The translations under genes and the position numbers were made by a program. Of a stretch of DNA of 64,000 nt, positions 1 through 17,724 are shown one piece after another (within the stretch, counting starts at the first letter, position 1; every line of letters starts with the position of its first letter). Under the pieces are notes generated by a model. It was not told the origin of the DNA. It saw only the letters and a program-made list of their open reading frames with translations, and searched no databases. This stretch comes from the human T2T-CHM13v2.0 reference genome, Homo sapiens: the NCBI RefSeq assembly GCF_009914755.1, contig NC_060930.1; one strand, given 5' to 3'.

Positions 1-249
1 GCACATGGAGACAGTCAAAGGGCTCCTTCTGACATGCTTCCTTCACCTCCAGGACGTTGGTTCATCGAGGTTTCCTTCTATTCTTTTGGTGACTTTGTCA
101 ACATCCTTGCTGGTTTTCCTACCCCTCTGGACTCTAAACATCAAGATGTCCCCAGGGCTCCATTCTTATACCTCTTATTTATGCCCACTCCTTAGAAAAT
201 CTCATGTGGCACTGTGGCTTCAGACATTATTGGTAATCTGATGACGCCA

Positions 250-569
<320 letters not shown>

Positions 570-746
570 TAAACTGCCTACTTAATAGCTTACTTGACTG
601 TCTAAGAGACATCTCAAATGTGTCTAGGAAACAACTTCTAATTTCCTTGTCACTCTGCCAACCTACTCCTTTAATCCCCCATCTCTTAAGATGGCAACAC
701 TCTTCACTTTGGAGTCACTCTGGATTTGTCTCATGATTCCCTGTAA

Positions 747-1361
<615 letters not shown>

Positions 1362-2023
1362 CTTGGAGTTTTCTTATTCAAGATATTCTCCTGGCTCACT
1401 CTTTTACTTCATTCAGGTCAAAGAGTTCTTCCCTGACCCCTCTTATTACTCTGCTTTGTTTTCATAGCTTTTATGACATTTTATTGCATTTTTTTACTAT
1501 ATATTTATTGTTTATATGAAAATTTTCTACACAGGCCCCAGAAGGAATTTTATTCCTCACTAATGTATCCTTAGCATCTAGAAGAGTGGCTGGGGCCCAT
1601 GGCAGGTATTTAAAGAATATTTAAGGAATGGATGAAAAGCATGGGTTGCATTTAAACTGGGACTTGACAAGGTGGAAAGATCAAGGGCATCGGGGATATG
1701 AGGAAGTTGTTAAGAATATAGCTGGCCATGGATTCATAGGAAAATATGAAGGTAGGGAGGTAAGGAGGCTGAGTAAGCTGGGAGCTGGGAGATGGGTGGT
1801 GGTAGGGGTGGGTCAAGGAATCAATGAGTGGGTGTAGCAGAAGGAATGGGAGACAGGAACTTGTAGTAAAAGGGAGGCTGGAGTTGGATATTCTAGAGAA
1901 AAGAAGTATGAGTCAATTGAGTGATTATGAATTTTCTCAGAATGGTGACTACATTTTCCTCATCTATCTATCTTCTGTGGTCAGTATTGAGTTTGGCACA
2001 TACCACTCAATAATTCATTGGTA

Positions 2024-2302
2024 AGCTGGGTGCTGTGGCTCATGCTCATAATCCCAGTACTTTGGGAGGCTGAGGCAGGTAGATTGCTTGAGCCCAGGAA
2101 TTTGAGAGCTGCCTGGGCAACATTGCAAGACCCCGTCTCTGCAAACGAAAAAATTAGGCATGGTGGTGCATGCCTATGGTCCCAGCTACTAGGGAAGCTG
2201 AGGTGGAGGATCACTTAAGCCATGGAGGTCAGGCTTCAGTGAGCTGCAATCATGCCATTGCACTCCAGCCTGGGCAACAGAGTAAGACCTTGTCTCAAAA
2301 AA
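2024..2302 (+). mobile_element. AluJ, inserted in an L2 tail
   Basis: ttgcttgagcccagga and ggaggatcactt are AluJ-type; TSD core cattggtaa on both sides. Confidence 0.9.
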
Positions 2303-4627
2303 GTATTAGTCCATTGGTAAATGAAGAAACCCTATTTCCACCAGACTCTGGGGACACAGTTTTATTCTGGTTCCTTGTATTTCCCAAATGCTGCAATGAG
2401 AACATGTTATTCTTATGCCCTGTTCCTGTCACAGTCAATGCTTCCCCTCCATTCATTGCCACAGGGGACACCTCCCTTCCTCTTACAGGATCCTGGGCAA
2501 TGCAAATCAGGCCACCTGAGGGAGATAGAAAACCTTGCCTGATGTTGCCCAAAAACTGGTGGCAGGATCAAGATGCGGCCACTTTATTGGTTATAATAGC
2601 AGGTTCAACTAGATTTCCTCAAATTCTCAATTTCTGATACTAAGATTTTAGACTTATTCTAAATGTCTCTGCAGGACTTATTTTTGAATTTGCACTTTCC
2701 AGTTTCTGCTATTTCTTTTCAACTACTAAATAGCTTCCTCCTTCATTGTTCCTAGAGTTTTGCATAGAAGATCCAGATTAACCCTCTAGGTATCTCCCCA
2801 TAACCTTGACATTCTCTGTTCAGTTCTACTCAGCAAGCTCTTATTGCATGCCTACTCTGTGCTAGGGCCTGTGCTGGGTGCATGAAGTCTGCAACTTAGC
2901 AATGTTTAACACAGGCACCATGATGCAAGTAGAGAACTGAAATCCAGGCCTTCTTCTCTGTGGACCCGAGCCATTGCCTCCTCTCAGGCCAGCTCAAGTC
3001 TTGCCTCTGCAGAAGCCATTCAACTCCCTCTTTTTTTACGTTCTTTCCCAGGAGATGGGTGGAAAAGACAAGCCCAGCCTCTCAGAAAAACAGGGTGAAA
3101 TCTTCAGCCAACAAGAGAATAAACATAATCTTTGGCAATCTTGCAAAATTCATGACCAAAAATAGACCCAAAGCAAAACAAACACATCCCTTTACTCTTT
3201 CACTCCTGACAATTAAAAGGAGACCAAATCAGTCTATTTCAATAATTTTGATTCCATATTACACGAAAGACAGGAAGTCATGTCCACCAAGTGACCTGAA
3301 AAATATGGACACTTTCTACTTTTTCATGGAGTTTTCACTGTATTCTTTTTGTTTCTATCTCTTTCTCCCTTCTGCCCACTCTTCCTTCCCCTCCCATCCT
3401 CCTCCCTCAGTTCTGTTCCAGGCTGAACATAGCATACAGCAAGTGGATGATGTCCAAGGCAATTCCTGGGTCTAGAAATCCATCAAGAATGATGCCTGGA
3501 GTCCAGATCAGAGGATCCTGAATCATCTGCCCTTTTCTCAAAGTGAGGAACAAAGCAGTGAGACTTGGCTCTCTAGTTGTTTTTCTCCTACCCAGCCTCA
3601 AACCTGGCCATGTCTCAGAATTAAGCACTGGAAAAGAGAAGAAGCACAACTCACTTTGGTGGAACTTCATCCAAAGTTGCAATAGAAATATTGTTCTTCT
3701 GACCCTAGGTTTGAAAAAAGTGGATAGAAGTTGGGGTATAGAAATAAGTAGAATTAGAAGTAGGGATGATTTTCTCCAATAGAAATATTTCATCAGCCTT
3801 TGGACTGTAGAGCAGAAAACTTTTGTCTTCATAGAACATTGAATATGTAAGAGAGCCAGTTGATGACAACTGCTGATAGTGAGGGGAGACGGTAGGGGCA
3901 GGGGGTGGGGATGATGTCCTGGTAATGGTAATAGCCAATACCCTTGACAATGACACTAGTAGCTCAGACACTAGAGGACATCTGGTGATGGTGGCCTTTT
4001 CAGCATAGATAACAATGTCCCCAGTATCTTACATGGGCTTTGGTATCTCATTAAGCAAGGAGCTGTAATATTTAGAGATGAATGCCAAAAGAACACATCA
4101 TTCCAGTGAGTGAACATATAGTTGATAAAAAAATAAACATGGCATACATTACAGTCACCCAGATGACTGGAGTTGTCAACTGGCACTGACAATTTCTAAA
4201 ATCACTAGGGAGGAATATGAGGGGGCTGAAGGCCACTCAAAATAGACAGTGAAAGATCCAGAGGAATGCCATGTTTGGACACTATTGCCATCCTATGTTT
4301 ATACCAAGATGACGAACAGAGCCAGGAAGCACGGATGTACTGTTTTAGATGAAGGCCACAGAGGCTGATATGTGAGCACTGCTTGCAGGTTACAAAGCCT
4401 TATTCCCATGTAGGGAACTATGTTCATGTGCATGGCAGTGGAAGACTGGGGTCAAAGAGACAGTCACTGAGAGACCAAGCAGAGAATGGGACATTTCTGT
4501 CTTTTATAGAAGCTGTGCAGTGGGTGGCGGGGAAGAGGGGTGTTGATCCTGTGAGATGATTTCCAAAGGTTCCCACTAGGTGGAAGTGTTGGTTAGTACA
4601 TGAGTCAGCAAAGGTTTCTCAATGAAC

Positions 4628-4630
<3 letters not shown>

Positions 4631-4665
<35 letters not shown>
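4631..4665. repeat. (T)35 mononucleotide run
   Basis: Directly visible. Confidence 0.97.
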
Positions 4666-4668
<3 letters not shown>

Positions 4669-5279
4669 GGCTGAATGGGAAATGCCACTGTCACAGATAA
4701 GAAGATGGGGGTGGGGAGTAAGGGGTAGGGTTGGTGGTCAGGGAGGCAGTAACTTGGTTCAAGATCACCAAGGAATAGCACTGTCCCATCCTCCCTTGCC
4801 TCAGACTTCTAAGGACAAGGCAATGAGCTCAGATTCTGCTTCCAGTTATTTTTAACTTCTAATCTCTACTTCTACCACTGAAAACAAGAAGTGCCAGTCT
4901 AAGACCTATTAGTTGTTTTGATGGAATAGAGAGGTTAAGGGTCTTAGACGGTAAACCCTGTGGCTCCCCATCGCCTGTGAGATAAAGTTGAAATGCCGTA
5001 ACATGGCTTGTGAGACATTTTCCTGCTGCAGAATTTCCTTACTTTTACTAGTCTGTTACTTGAAGCTCCTTAAATTCTCCCATGATGCTTTTTGGGTTCT
5101 GAAAACCTATGCCTTTAATAGGTATTGCTTCTTTGGGAAGCATCACCTGACCTATTTATGGAGATTTGATCACCGTTGACTTTGTGGCATTCCTTTACCT
5201 AATCTGTACTGTGAAGGATTTAGGTCAGAGGTTGTATGATGGCCAGGGACCCAGAACCACCACACATCTTCTCTACTAA

Positions 5280-5760
5280 ATCAGTCAGGACTCTGTTGCT
5301 TGTGACAGAAATCCAATTAAGTCTACCCTAGACAAAAAGGAAATGTTTTTGGCCTCAGGGAGGGCATGGGTACAGCTGGGAAAGACTGGATGAGTGACAG
5401 TTATATTTTCTGGAACATTCTCACCGATTTTTCTATTGCTTTGAATGTCAAATTCTTTCTTTCTTGTGAAAGACTGACTCTCTCTGGTGGGAGATGGGGT
5501 CCTGGCTGCTTTATGCTCATCTCTTACCAACTTCACTACAGGAAAGGTAAAGGCTCTTTACAACCAGAATTCAGTTTAACAAGGACTGACACTGGCAAAA
5601 GATGAGCATATGCTCAAAGCAGGGCCAATCATTACTGTTGCTCTGATTGGCTTATCTTGGGCCACTTGCCCACCCTATAGAGTGTGATTGACAATCTCAC
5701 TCAAACTGCATGATTAAAGTCAGAATAGAGTTTTTCAAAAGGAAAGTGCTCTTACCAAAA
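5280..5760. mobile_element. Old MaLR LTR (MLT1J/K-like)
   Basis: tcagtcaggactctgttgcttgtgacagaaatccaa start and a ccaatca...tctgattggc motif typical of old MLT1. Confidence 0.5.
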
Positions 5761-5882
5761 GAAAAAGTTTTTCTTTTCACTGGGTAAAGAATAGTGGATG
5801 TCTAGTCTTCTGCTCCCCAAAGAGACATTTATAAAAAATGAAGTCAGAACTCAAAGTGTCTCTTTATTACTTGACAGATCAG

Positions 5883-6238
5883 TGTCTTAGTCCATTTTGT
5901 ATTGCCATAAAAGAATACTATGGATTAGGTAACTAGGAAAAGAAACTCATTTCTTATAGTTCTAGAGGCTGGGAAGTCCAAGATTGAGGGTTTGCATTTG
6001 ATGAGGGTCTCCTTGTTACATACCATGCCAGAAGGCATCACATGGAAAGAGAGGAAGAGAAGAGGGCAGAACTCATCATTTTATCAGAAACTCACTCTGA
6101 TAATGGAATTAGTTTATTCATGAGGGAAAAGCCCTGAGGACCTAGTCACCTCTGTTTATACCCCACCTCCCAACACTGTTGCATTGGTGATTAAGTTTCC
6201 AACACATGAACTTTGAGGGATATATTCAAACCACAGCA
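5883..6238 (-). mobile_element. MaLR solo LTR (MST/MLT1A-like)
   Basis: tgtcttagtccatttt...attcaaaccacagca; TG..CA ends; 5-bp TSD atcag/gtcag. Confidence 0.85.
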
Positions 6239-7227
6239 GTCAGTGACATGTAACCTTCAATACAGAGCTCTGAATTAAACACAAGGCTGGGGTTTGAGGT
6301 TTTGGCACAGATTGCTACCTACCCTCCACACTCAAAGGCCATGGATTAGAAACCAAGATACTTAGCTAAAGAGAGCTGAGCTTCAAACTGCAAGCAGGAA
6401 GGAATTTGATGAAGACACTCAAATAATAAAGATCATGAAAAACTTCCTAGAGCTCTCATTCCAGTTGACAGAATGAGTGCGCTGAATCAGGACCCTCTTA
6501 TAGGCCTAGTCCTTCATCAACTAGTAAATGAGACCCAACCAACATCTCAGCAATATCTTTAGATGCAACAGGTCTTCCTTGTGTGTTGAGTAGAAATTAA
6601 GATGGAGAGGGTTGGTTGGTGGGAGTGGTGGAAGTGTTTCCTCATCAACATTTACTTGCTTTGTGTTTTATCAGAACTGTGAGCTCAGGTTTATTGTCCT
6701 CACTCAAGGCTATAGTCAACCAGGAATGAGACCTGCTCCTTCACTTGGGCAAGTTCCTCCCTTCAAGGTAAACACTTAAGGCTGCTTCCTAGTACCACTG
6801 ACTTTTATAAATTCCTGAGCCCAGAGAAATGGGCAGTTCTTCTGTTGGCTCTAGTCTAGAAGCTTCTGAAATGGATAAACCAACACATTTGGCCCAAGCT
6901 CATAGTCAGATATTGACCCCTCAATTTTATTTCTTAACTCAAATTGTTGCCTGCCATGGATAAACCTGGTTCACTAGAACAGTGGGTACCTAAAGTAGCA
7001 CACATAGAATACTCAGTGTGAAAAATGTCCCAAACAAACCATATGAATCTTCTCCCTTTATTAAATTCTCTCAGATATTTAAGCTCCAGTAATGAACCCT
7101 TTATTTGTTGCCATGGAGAAAATAAAATCTCCCTTCCCTTGGGGAAATTAAAATCCTAGATAAATTAAAGGCCAAAAGTCACTGTAATTTTCTTATTTTG
7201 CTCAACCTAAGCTAGGGACAGTCTCAC

Positions 7228-7730
7228 TGTGTTGAGTCTGCTTACTCCCCTAGCCCTAGCCCCACTCCTCATCTTTCTCAGATCATTTCCTGCACCTCTC
7301 TGCCCAGGAAGCTGGTGCCTGCGAAGTGCATCCTGGAACCCCCTTCCTAGCTGGCTTTTCTCTCAACAGGTTCAGCCAGTAAGAGACACTGATAGGAGAT
7401 TGACAGGTGGGAAAAGAAGATGAACTATTTCTTCCAGCTTCCTTCCTGCTTTGGGCCACATTTCTGGCAGTGGCTCTGAACTTGAATAAGCATAGATCTG
7501 TTCAGCAGCCCCTATTCCTCAGTTCTAGCTCTGATGAGCTAAGATAACCCTATTTCCTCTTATGATTCAAGGGATTACCAGGTTCCTACAGATGCTAGCC
7601 TTGGGTGCCTCAACAACCTGGTTGATTCTCTTAATCCTGCCCACACCTCTGAAAATCCTTCCATTAAGTCCTCTTCCTTTGAACCATATGAGTTGCATTC
7701 TCTTTCCTGCCATGAGCTTGACTTAATACT
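7228..7730 (+). mobile_element. ERVL LTR (LTR33-like)
   Basis: ctctgcccaggaagctg..., caggttcagccagtaagagacactgataggagattg and ttcctgccatgagcttgacttaatac resemble LTR33. Confidence 0.6.
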
Positions 7731-8630
7731 CCCTATGTACCTGGCACCAGGAAGCCTTGGAAGAGGGGGCCCTTCTCCAATGGCAGCATCCTGGGATGTC
7801 TTCCACTGGAGGGGATGGAATTATTTTAGCACTTTCACTGTTAAATTCCAACCTTGAGTCTCATCTGTTCCACTTTTCCTAAGGGTAGTCTTCCAAATAA
7901 ATGGTAGATAGAACCTATGGATGTCATAGCACCAGTTCTAGACCTATACCATCTAGGTACAACCATAGCATTTCCTAAACAAGCATAATGTTTCCAGAAC
8001 ACAGCATATATTGCTGTCTCTAGCCTCACATTGCTGTTGCCAGCTACAGACACTAACACAGATGCAGGGCTCTCTGGGCGAATTGAAGTAGACAAAGCAA
8101 AAGAAGAGAAAGTCTGGATCTGGGCTTCACTTTTATAGGATGCCAGTTGTGGTCTTTAATAATGCTGTTCACCAATATTCACCTTCTTCACTCCAGGCAC
8201 ATATTAAAAAAAAACACCTATTTCCTGGTTCCTGGTTGGTTTGGCTCATATAACTCATGAAGTCCAAAATGATGAGCAGAAATGACCGGAAAAAATGTCT
8301 ATTTGGGATAGAGGATTTAGTTTTTGGTGGGAGGCTCTCCAGAGTGTTCTTTATGGGCATTATGACCTGGCAAGTTCAGGTGGATGCTTCACCAGCCTGA
8401 GTGGTAATGAGCAGAACACTCAGGCCAACCCCTTATGGACATGAAGCATGAGAAAGAAATAAACCTTTGAGCCACCAAAATTTGGGGGTTGTGTTACTAC
8501 AGTACAATCTAGCCTATCCTGATATAAAATATTTTTTAACATAGCAGAAGTCCAGTAACCTCATTGACCTTTACCATTTGCTTCTCTTAAGCCTTTCAGA
8601 AGCCCAACTTGAATAACTATAGAAGCCAAC

Positions 8631-9489
8631 TGTGATTCTGTGAAATATATTTTTAGCTCTTTTTCTCAGTTTCCAGACATATACATACACATCTATGGCT
8701 TCTAAAATCCTTGGAACCTCCAGAGTTTCTGGAGCGTCTTTGGTATACTAATGAGATGATCGATGGCTGAGTCACTTAAGTAGCTTCAAGGTTGGGAGCT
8801 GGTCACTGGAAAGACCATGACAGGATTAGAGGGTTGGAACTTTTAGTTCCATCCCCAGCCTCCTGAGAGGGAAATGTGGCTGAAGGTTGAGTTGATCACC
8901 AATGGACAATGATGTAATAAATAGTGCCTGTGTGAAGAAGCCTCCATAACAACCCAGGACTAAGATCAGGGAGCTTCTGGATAGCTAAACTCAACACATG
9001 AGGGTGCCTGGAAGATGTTGCCCAGAGAGGGCATGGAAGCTTCTTCCCACATGCCTTACCTTGTGTGTCTCTTCCATCTGACTGTTCACCTGTACCCTGT
9101 GTAATATCCTTTATAATAAATGGGCAAATGTGTTTCCCTGAGTTCTATGAGCCACTCTAGAAAATTAGTCAAGTCCAAGGAGGGGCTTATGAGAACTCCT
9201 GCTACAGGGTCAAAGTGTAGGCAGCAACTACTACTTGCAGCTGATACCTGAAGTGGGGGGCAGTCTTGTGGGACTGAGCCCTCAGCCTGTGGTGTCTGAT
9301 GCTATCTCCAGGTAAATAGCATCAGAATTGAATTAAAGGACTCCCAGCCTGTGTCTGCTGGATAATTGACTAGTTTTGTGTGAGGAGAAATCCCCACACA
9401 TTGTAGTGGCCAGAGGTGAAGTATTCTGTGTTGATTGTTGAGTAAAGGAATAGGAAAAACACCTTTGACTTTTTCTGGTATCTTAGACT
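8631..9489. mobile_element. MER21-like LTR
   Basis: aaaatccttggaa..., tactaatgagatga..., ggattagagggttggaactt and gggggcagtcttgtgggactgagccct are MER21 hallmarks. Confidence 0.75.
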
Positions 9490-10249
9490 GCCCCTAGTTC
9501 ATGCTTTAGAAACCCAGTGAAATACATCAGAACCTCAGCTCCACATGCTGTAAAATCTCATCTTACTTTAGCCTTTGGATTCCCTAGGCCTTGGTTGATT
9601 TTACTACTCCAAAGGAAGCATAAAAATCCCTTTCCTCTGCTGTGTTGCTTGCAACATCAGAACTATAGTCCCCCTGGAGAAGCAAAAAATTCCTGAGCAG
9701 CATTTGAGAATATATATTTTTTTGAGAGGAGGGAGGAGGAGTTGTGGTAGCAAAAAGCCATTACACCCACCAAAGATTAAAGGAGTTCTTTTGAATTACA
9801 CTTGCTCTGGCCCAGATGAGAGCCCTGCCCTTCTCTATCTGGAAAGAGGTTAGCATGCAAGGCCTCATGGTAGGTGTAGCCACTTCCAGTTTAATGTCCC
9901 AGAGTGAGACTCCCCTGACCCTAAAAATTCCAATGCAGGCCAAGATCTAAACTCAATTTATGATCCTAGGCCAGCTATACATCAGAGACCTCAACTTTCC
10001 AATATAGTGCTTAACTCCCAAATTCTACACATGTACTCACTTGATCTGCCATGATTATAGTTAATAGCATTCGGTGATATTTCCATGGGATCCAAGAATG
10101 TCAGTCATCCCTTCAGTTCACAATGATCCTTGGAGGAGGATAAGGAACAGGAACTGAATGAAAAGCAATTACTGCTGATTGTTAAGTGGAATAGGACCTC
10201 CCTGCTCTGGTATTACTCTTTGCAAAAGCTGGGTAAGAGGTATCAGAGG

Positions 10250-10718
10250 ACATGACAGCCAGCTTTCAAAATGGTCCTCAATGATCCCCACCTTACTGGT
10301 ATTCAGGCTCTTGTGTAGCCCCCTCTTGCTTTGTACCAGGGGTTGGTTCTGCAACCCCAATATGCAGCAGAAGTGATGGCATTCCACTTATGAAATTAGG
10401 TTATAAAAGACGCTGCAGCTTCAGTTTTGGGTTCTCTCTCCCTCTTGGGTCATTGGCCTGACAACAACCATGTGAGTGAGCTTGGAACAGATCCTCCAGG
10501 CCTGGATGCTTGAGGTCTGGTCCCAGTCAACAGCATGACTGTAGCCTCCAGAGCCAGGACCAAACTAAGCTATTCCTGAAGTTCTGATCCTTAGAAACTA
10601 AAAAAAACAAAACTTTAAATGGACACAATTATACATATTTATGGGGTACATAGTGATGTTTGTTGTTTTAACCTGTTAAATGTTGAAGGATTTTCTTCAT
10701 AGTAATAGATAACTAATA
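10250..10718 (+). mobile_element. MaLR LTR (MLT1E/F-like)
   Basis: aaaatggtcctcaatgatccccacc...ggtattca start and agtaatagataactaata end. Confidence 0.65.
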
Positions 10719-12644
10719 AAAGGCCAATGGCTCTTTGAATCCTGGGACCTTCCCAAGCTTCTGATAGCTTTATTGTACTGGAGCTTGAAGCAACATTCAG
10801 CCTCTTGGCTATGCTTTTGGGATTGGGAAGTATGGGCTTGGGGACTAGTAAGCATGGCCCGCTGAACTTTTTTTAGGTGCAGGGGGTCAAGAGAATAGGA
10901 AGAAAATGGGCATGTAAACAGATCTATGATAGGGGAAGGGGGTTTGAGATTTGCGTTTTTATATATACCTATACTAATACTGATCTTTTCTGTATTGTTT
11001 TTGTTGTTGCTTGAGCTGGGCCTTGCCCATTGTACAGACAATGCCTCACCTCTGTCTCTCCCAAATGTACCTATGTACATGCATAGATACAGGATGGGAA
11101 TTTTTGCTTTGTAATTTGGGGGAGCAATTTTGGTTGGGTTGGAAAGAAAGTAACAAAGGTAGTCTGAGATCTTCTTCAGGAAGAAAGTGTAACAAAGGCA
11201 GTCTGAGGTCTAAGTCCTGTCCAGCCTCAACAGAGAGAGAGAGAGGTCAGACCTGCTCTTCAGGAGACACTGATACACAGAGCAAGGCTCTTGAGCCTCT
11301 GGGCCCAGGAGAACTGTTCTGGAGTTGGAGAGGAGGATTTTCTTCTTCCCCTTCCTGCTAGCATCCAGGAACTTGGGTATCTCTAGGATGGAAAACCTAG
11401 TATACATGCCCTGGGTGCATACTTCAGGAGGTGGCATGCCCTACCACCGCCCGCCCGCCCCACCATAAGTCCCCAGAAGCAAAGCAGCTGAGACCCACCC
11501 CAAGTTAAACCCCCCTCTTGAAGTACCTGGAGTGCTTTTTTTTCCTGACTGGACCTTTGTTGACACAGACCCTATTGCCTAGGAAATCAGCGGAGGAGGA
11601 AAATGAAGCTAATAAACATGAGACTCTAGAATAAAGTAGCATAGAACTGAAATAACTTTTACATCTTACCAGGAGCACATACCAGTCATATAGTTCTGGG
11701 CTTCCAGCCACCTGTCCTGAGTCTCCAACCTGGTCCGCTCCAAGTCATAGGCATATGTCTGAAAGGTCAGCCCTCTCATTGCATGGCAGAGTATAGGAGC
11801 CAGAATTTGGAGATGGTTTCAGAAAAGCAGAACCTTAGGCAGAAAGTGCTGCACACTTGCAAGAATGCCTTGCCCTGCCTGCTTCAGTATTTCTACAAGC
11901 AATGTCCCAGGTGAGGGTTTCCTTTAAGGTAGGCCAATCCTATGTTATGGAAAGAATACAGACTCACCTTGAGTATTTAATTTTTTTTTCTGGGAGGTTT
12001 GAAGCATAAAGAAAAATAAGAATTTATAATACATGAAGCAAACAATTCTTGGCACCAGGAAAAATCAAACTAAGCAATGGTTGGTTTCAGCGCAACTCAA
12101 TCACCTTTACATTTTGGCGAACAGCTCCTATAGGAAGCCTGTAATTTTCTTTTTAAAAGGTGTTTTTTCTTTCCATGTTAATTTTCTAAAATCTGAAGTT
12201 GAAAACGAGATACCAATACTAAAACCCATTTATGGTTCCTTGGTATATTTGATTGGATGATACTGATTTTGTTGGGTTTCTAATGTGGCCATATTGCACA
12301 TGGGGAGAATCATGTCTGTGCTGCCTGTAGGGAGGAGTTGGTCTCACCCATCCCTGGGAGTGGGATCATCTTCATTTGCAGGTAAGATGTGATGCACTGA
12401 AGTGAAGGGAAATAACTGAGGTTATTTCACTGTAACAATTTTCTATAAGCAAGATCTCCTGGAAGCAAACAAAAAGTTATTGAGAGTTACCTTATGACAT
12501 TCCATTGCATATGAGCTTCTCAAAAAAAAAAAAAAAATGAACCAGAGTTTTTAAATTTCCATGTGGGGAAAAATATACATAGCTATGGTAATAAACATAC
12601 AAACCCCAAAATGTATGCATTATAGTCAGTAATTTTTTAAAAAA

Positions 12645-14942
<2,298 letters not shown>

Positions 14943-15173
14943 GTTTATATACTTGCAGATGTTGAGATAAATGTCAAAATACTTCAGCCTTGTACTATGT
15001 ATGTATATGCAAAATTTTGTGTGTGTTTATTTTGCTCATTATTAAAAGCCTGTGGCTTTATTATTATATGGTTTGGAGGACTTAACTCTTATTTGTGGAT
15101 TTTATATATGTCTTTTCAAATTTTTGCCAAAAGTTCTGCTGTTATTGTTTAAGGAGATTAGTCAGGACATTGA

Positions 15174-15423
<250 letters not shown>

Positions 15424-15754
15424 TAAATCATGCAGTGGAGATGCTTGGAATATTAGGGTAACATAAATCTGCTTTTCCATTTGACAATGACTTAAACACT
15501 GAATATTGGCACTAAACTTTTAAGAACAATTATATTGAATAAAAAAAGAAATATCAATTTAATTAGCTGTTTGTCCCACTTCATTTTTACCTTTTAGGAC
15601 TCAGCTTCCTCACCTGTAAATTGAAAATCTTATCTAAGATTTCTAAGGCCAGAAGGAAACAAGGGTCTGTTTTTAAAAATTCTTTGATGTCTGAGAAAAC
15701 CCAGGTTCTCAAAATCAATCACGTAACAGCTTTATCTTTACTAGCTATAGGTCA

Positions 15755-15933
15755 CTAGTTCTCAAAGTTGGCTGAACACTGAAATCGCCTGGGGAGTCTT
15801 AAGCCAGAATCCAGGAGTGAGAGCTGGACTTTAGCCAGAAAGTTTAATTGGCTTTGGGTGTGGCCCTTACATTGGGAGTTTCAGGAGTGCTCCAAGTGAT
15901 TCAAATGTGTAGCAAAATTTGAGAACCACAAGC
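15755..15933. mobile_element. MER5A-like hAT non-autonomous DNA transposon
   Basis: Inverted ends gttctcaaagtt ... aatttgagaaccac; internal aatcgcctggggag and ccaagtgattcaaatgtg. Confidence 0.75.
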
Positions 15934-15984
15934 CTAGGTCATGTATTAAAATCATCTAGGTTGCTTCTTAAAGGTGCAGCTGCT

Positions 15985-16979
<995 letters not shown>

Positions 16980-16990
16980 TTCCCCTCTTT
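16980..16990 (-). other. Polypurine tract AAAGAGGGGAA
   Basis: Lies immediately upstream of the 3' LTR TG on the minus strand. Confidence 0.85.
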
Positions 16991-17011
16991 GGTGCCTTTT
17001 ATAAATGGATT

Positions 17012-17720
17012 TTAATAGAAGGCACCACTATCATTTGTTTCTTCCTTAGTTGGCACATATTTTTCCTTGGGTAGAGGCTGATATTTAGTTAAGGCCATTA
17101 TTTGGGTGGTAGTATGTCTGGCCACAATTGCTTCTATAGTTGACTGTATACTCCTGATTAGAAGAGGTAGAAGACAAGGGAGAATTAGGCGTCTGCCAAG
17201 GATAAGCATAAACCCTCCTATTAAGGTTTTAAATCCATCAAAAGATGAAAACCATCCTCTGAAAAGGGAGTCTGGAGACAAACCTTTCCAGGTTTGGACT
17301 GAAACATGAGCTAATTTCTGCATCCTAGCAGTTATTTCCATGACAGCTTGTCCATTATCATCAATTTCTAGACAGCAATTTAAGTTAAACTTCCCACATA
17401 CTCTTCCTTCTGAGGCCAGGAGGTAGTTTAGTGCTAAACTATTTTCATAAAGGGCATTTCTCATCTGTGTGGCTTGCATGGCCAGCAAATTCAAGGCCCT
17501 TGATGTTTCACTGGTTATAACCTCAAGAACAGCCTGTAACCATATGATAAAATTTATCACATAAATGGGGGTACAGTAGCCCCATGTTTCATCCTCTGCC
17601 CAGGTGGCTGGGCCATAGTACTTAATTCTCTCAGGAGGCCATTCATTTCTTCAGTCTCCTATATCTATATCCTTTTTTATGTGTGTGTCCTTTTTTGTGG
17701 TTATGCTTTCCTTAGCTTTT
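17012..17720 (-). pseudogene. env: env remnant, TM subunit only
   Basis: [23 protein letters not shown]...LQAVLEVIT...[27 protein letters not shown], a hydrophobic anchor, and a tail with YQPL; ERV3-like TM. Confidence 0.93.
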
Positions 17721-17724
17721 TAAA

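Noticed and set aside
2170-3832. ORFs of 155, 171 and 141 aa
   Set aside because: One starts in an Alu; the others have no recognisable domain or coding-like composition.
4620-4680. Poly-T as a severely truncated retro-insertion
   Set aside because: No TSD or element body is visible; treated as a simple repeat.
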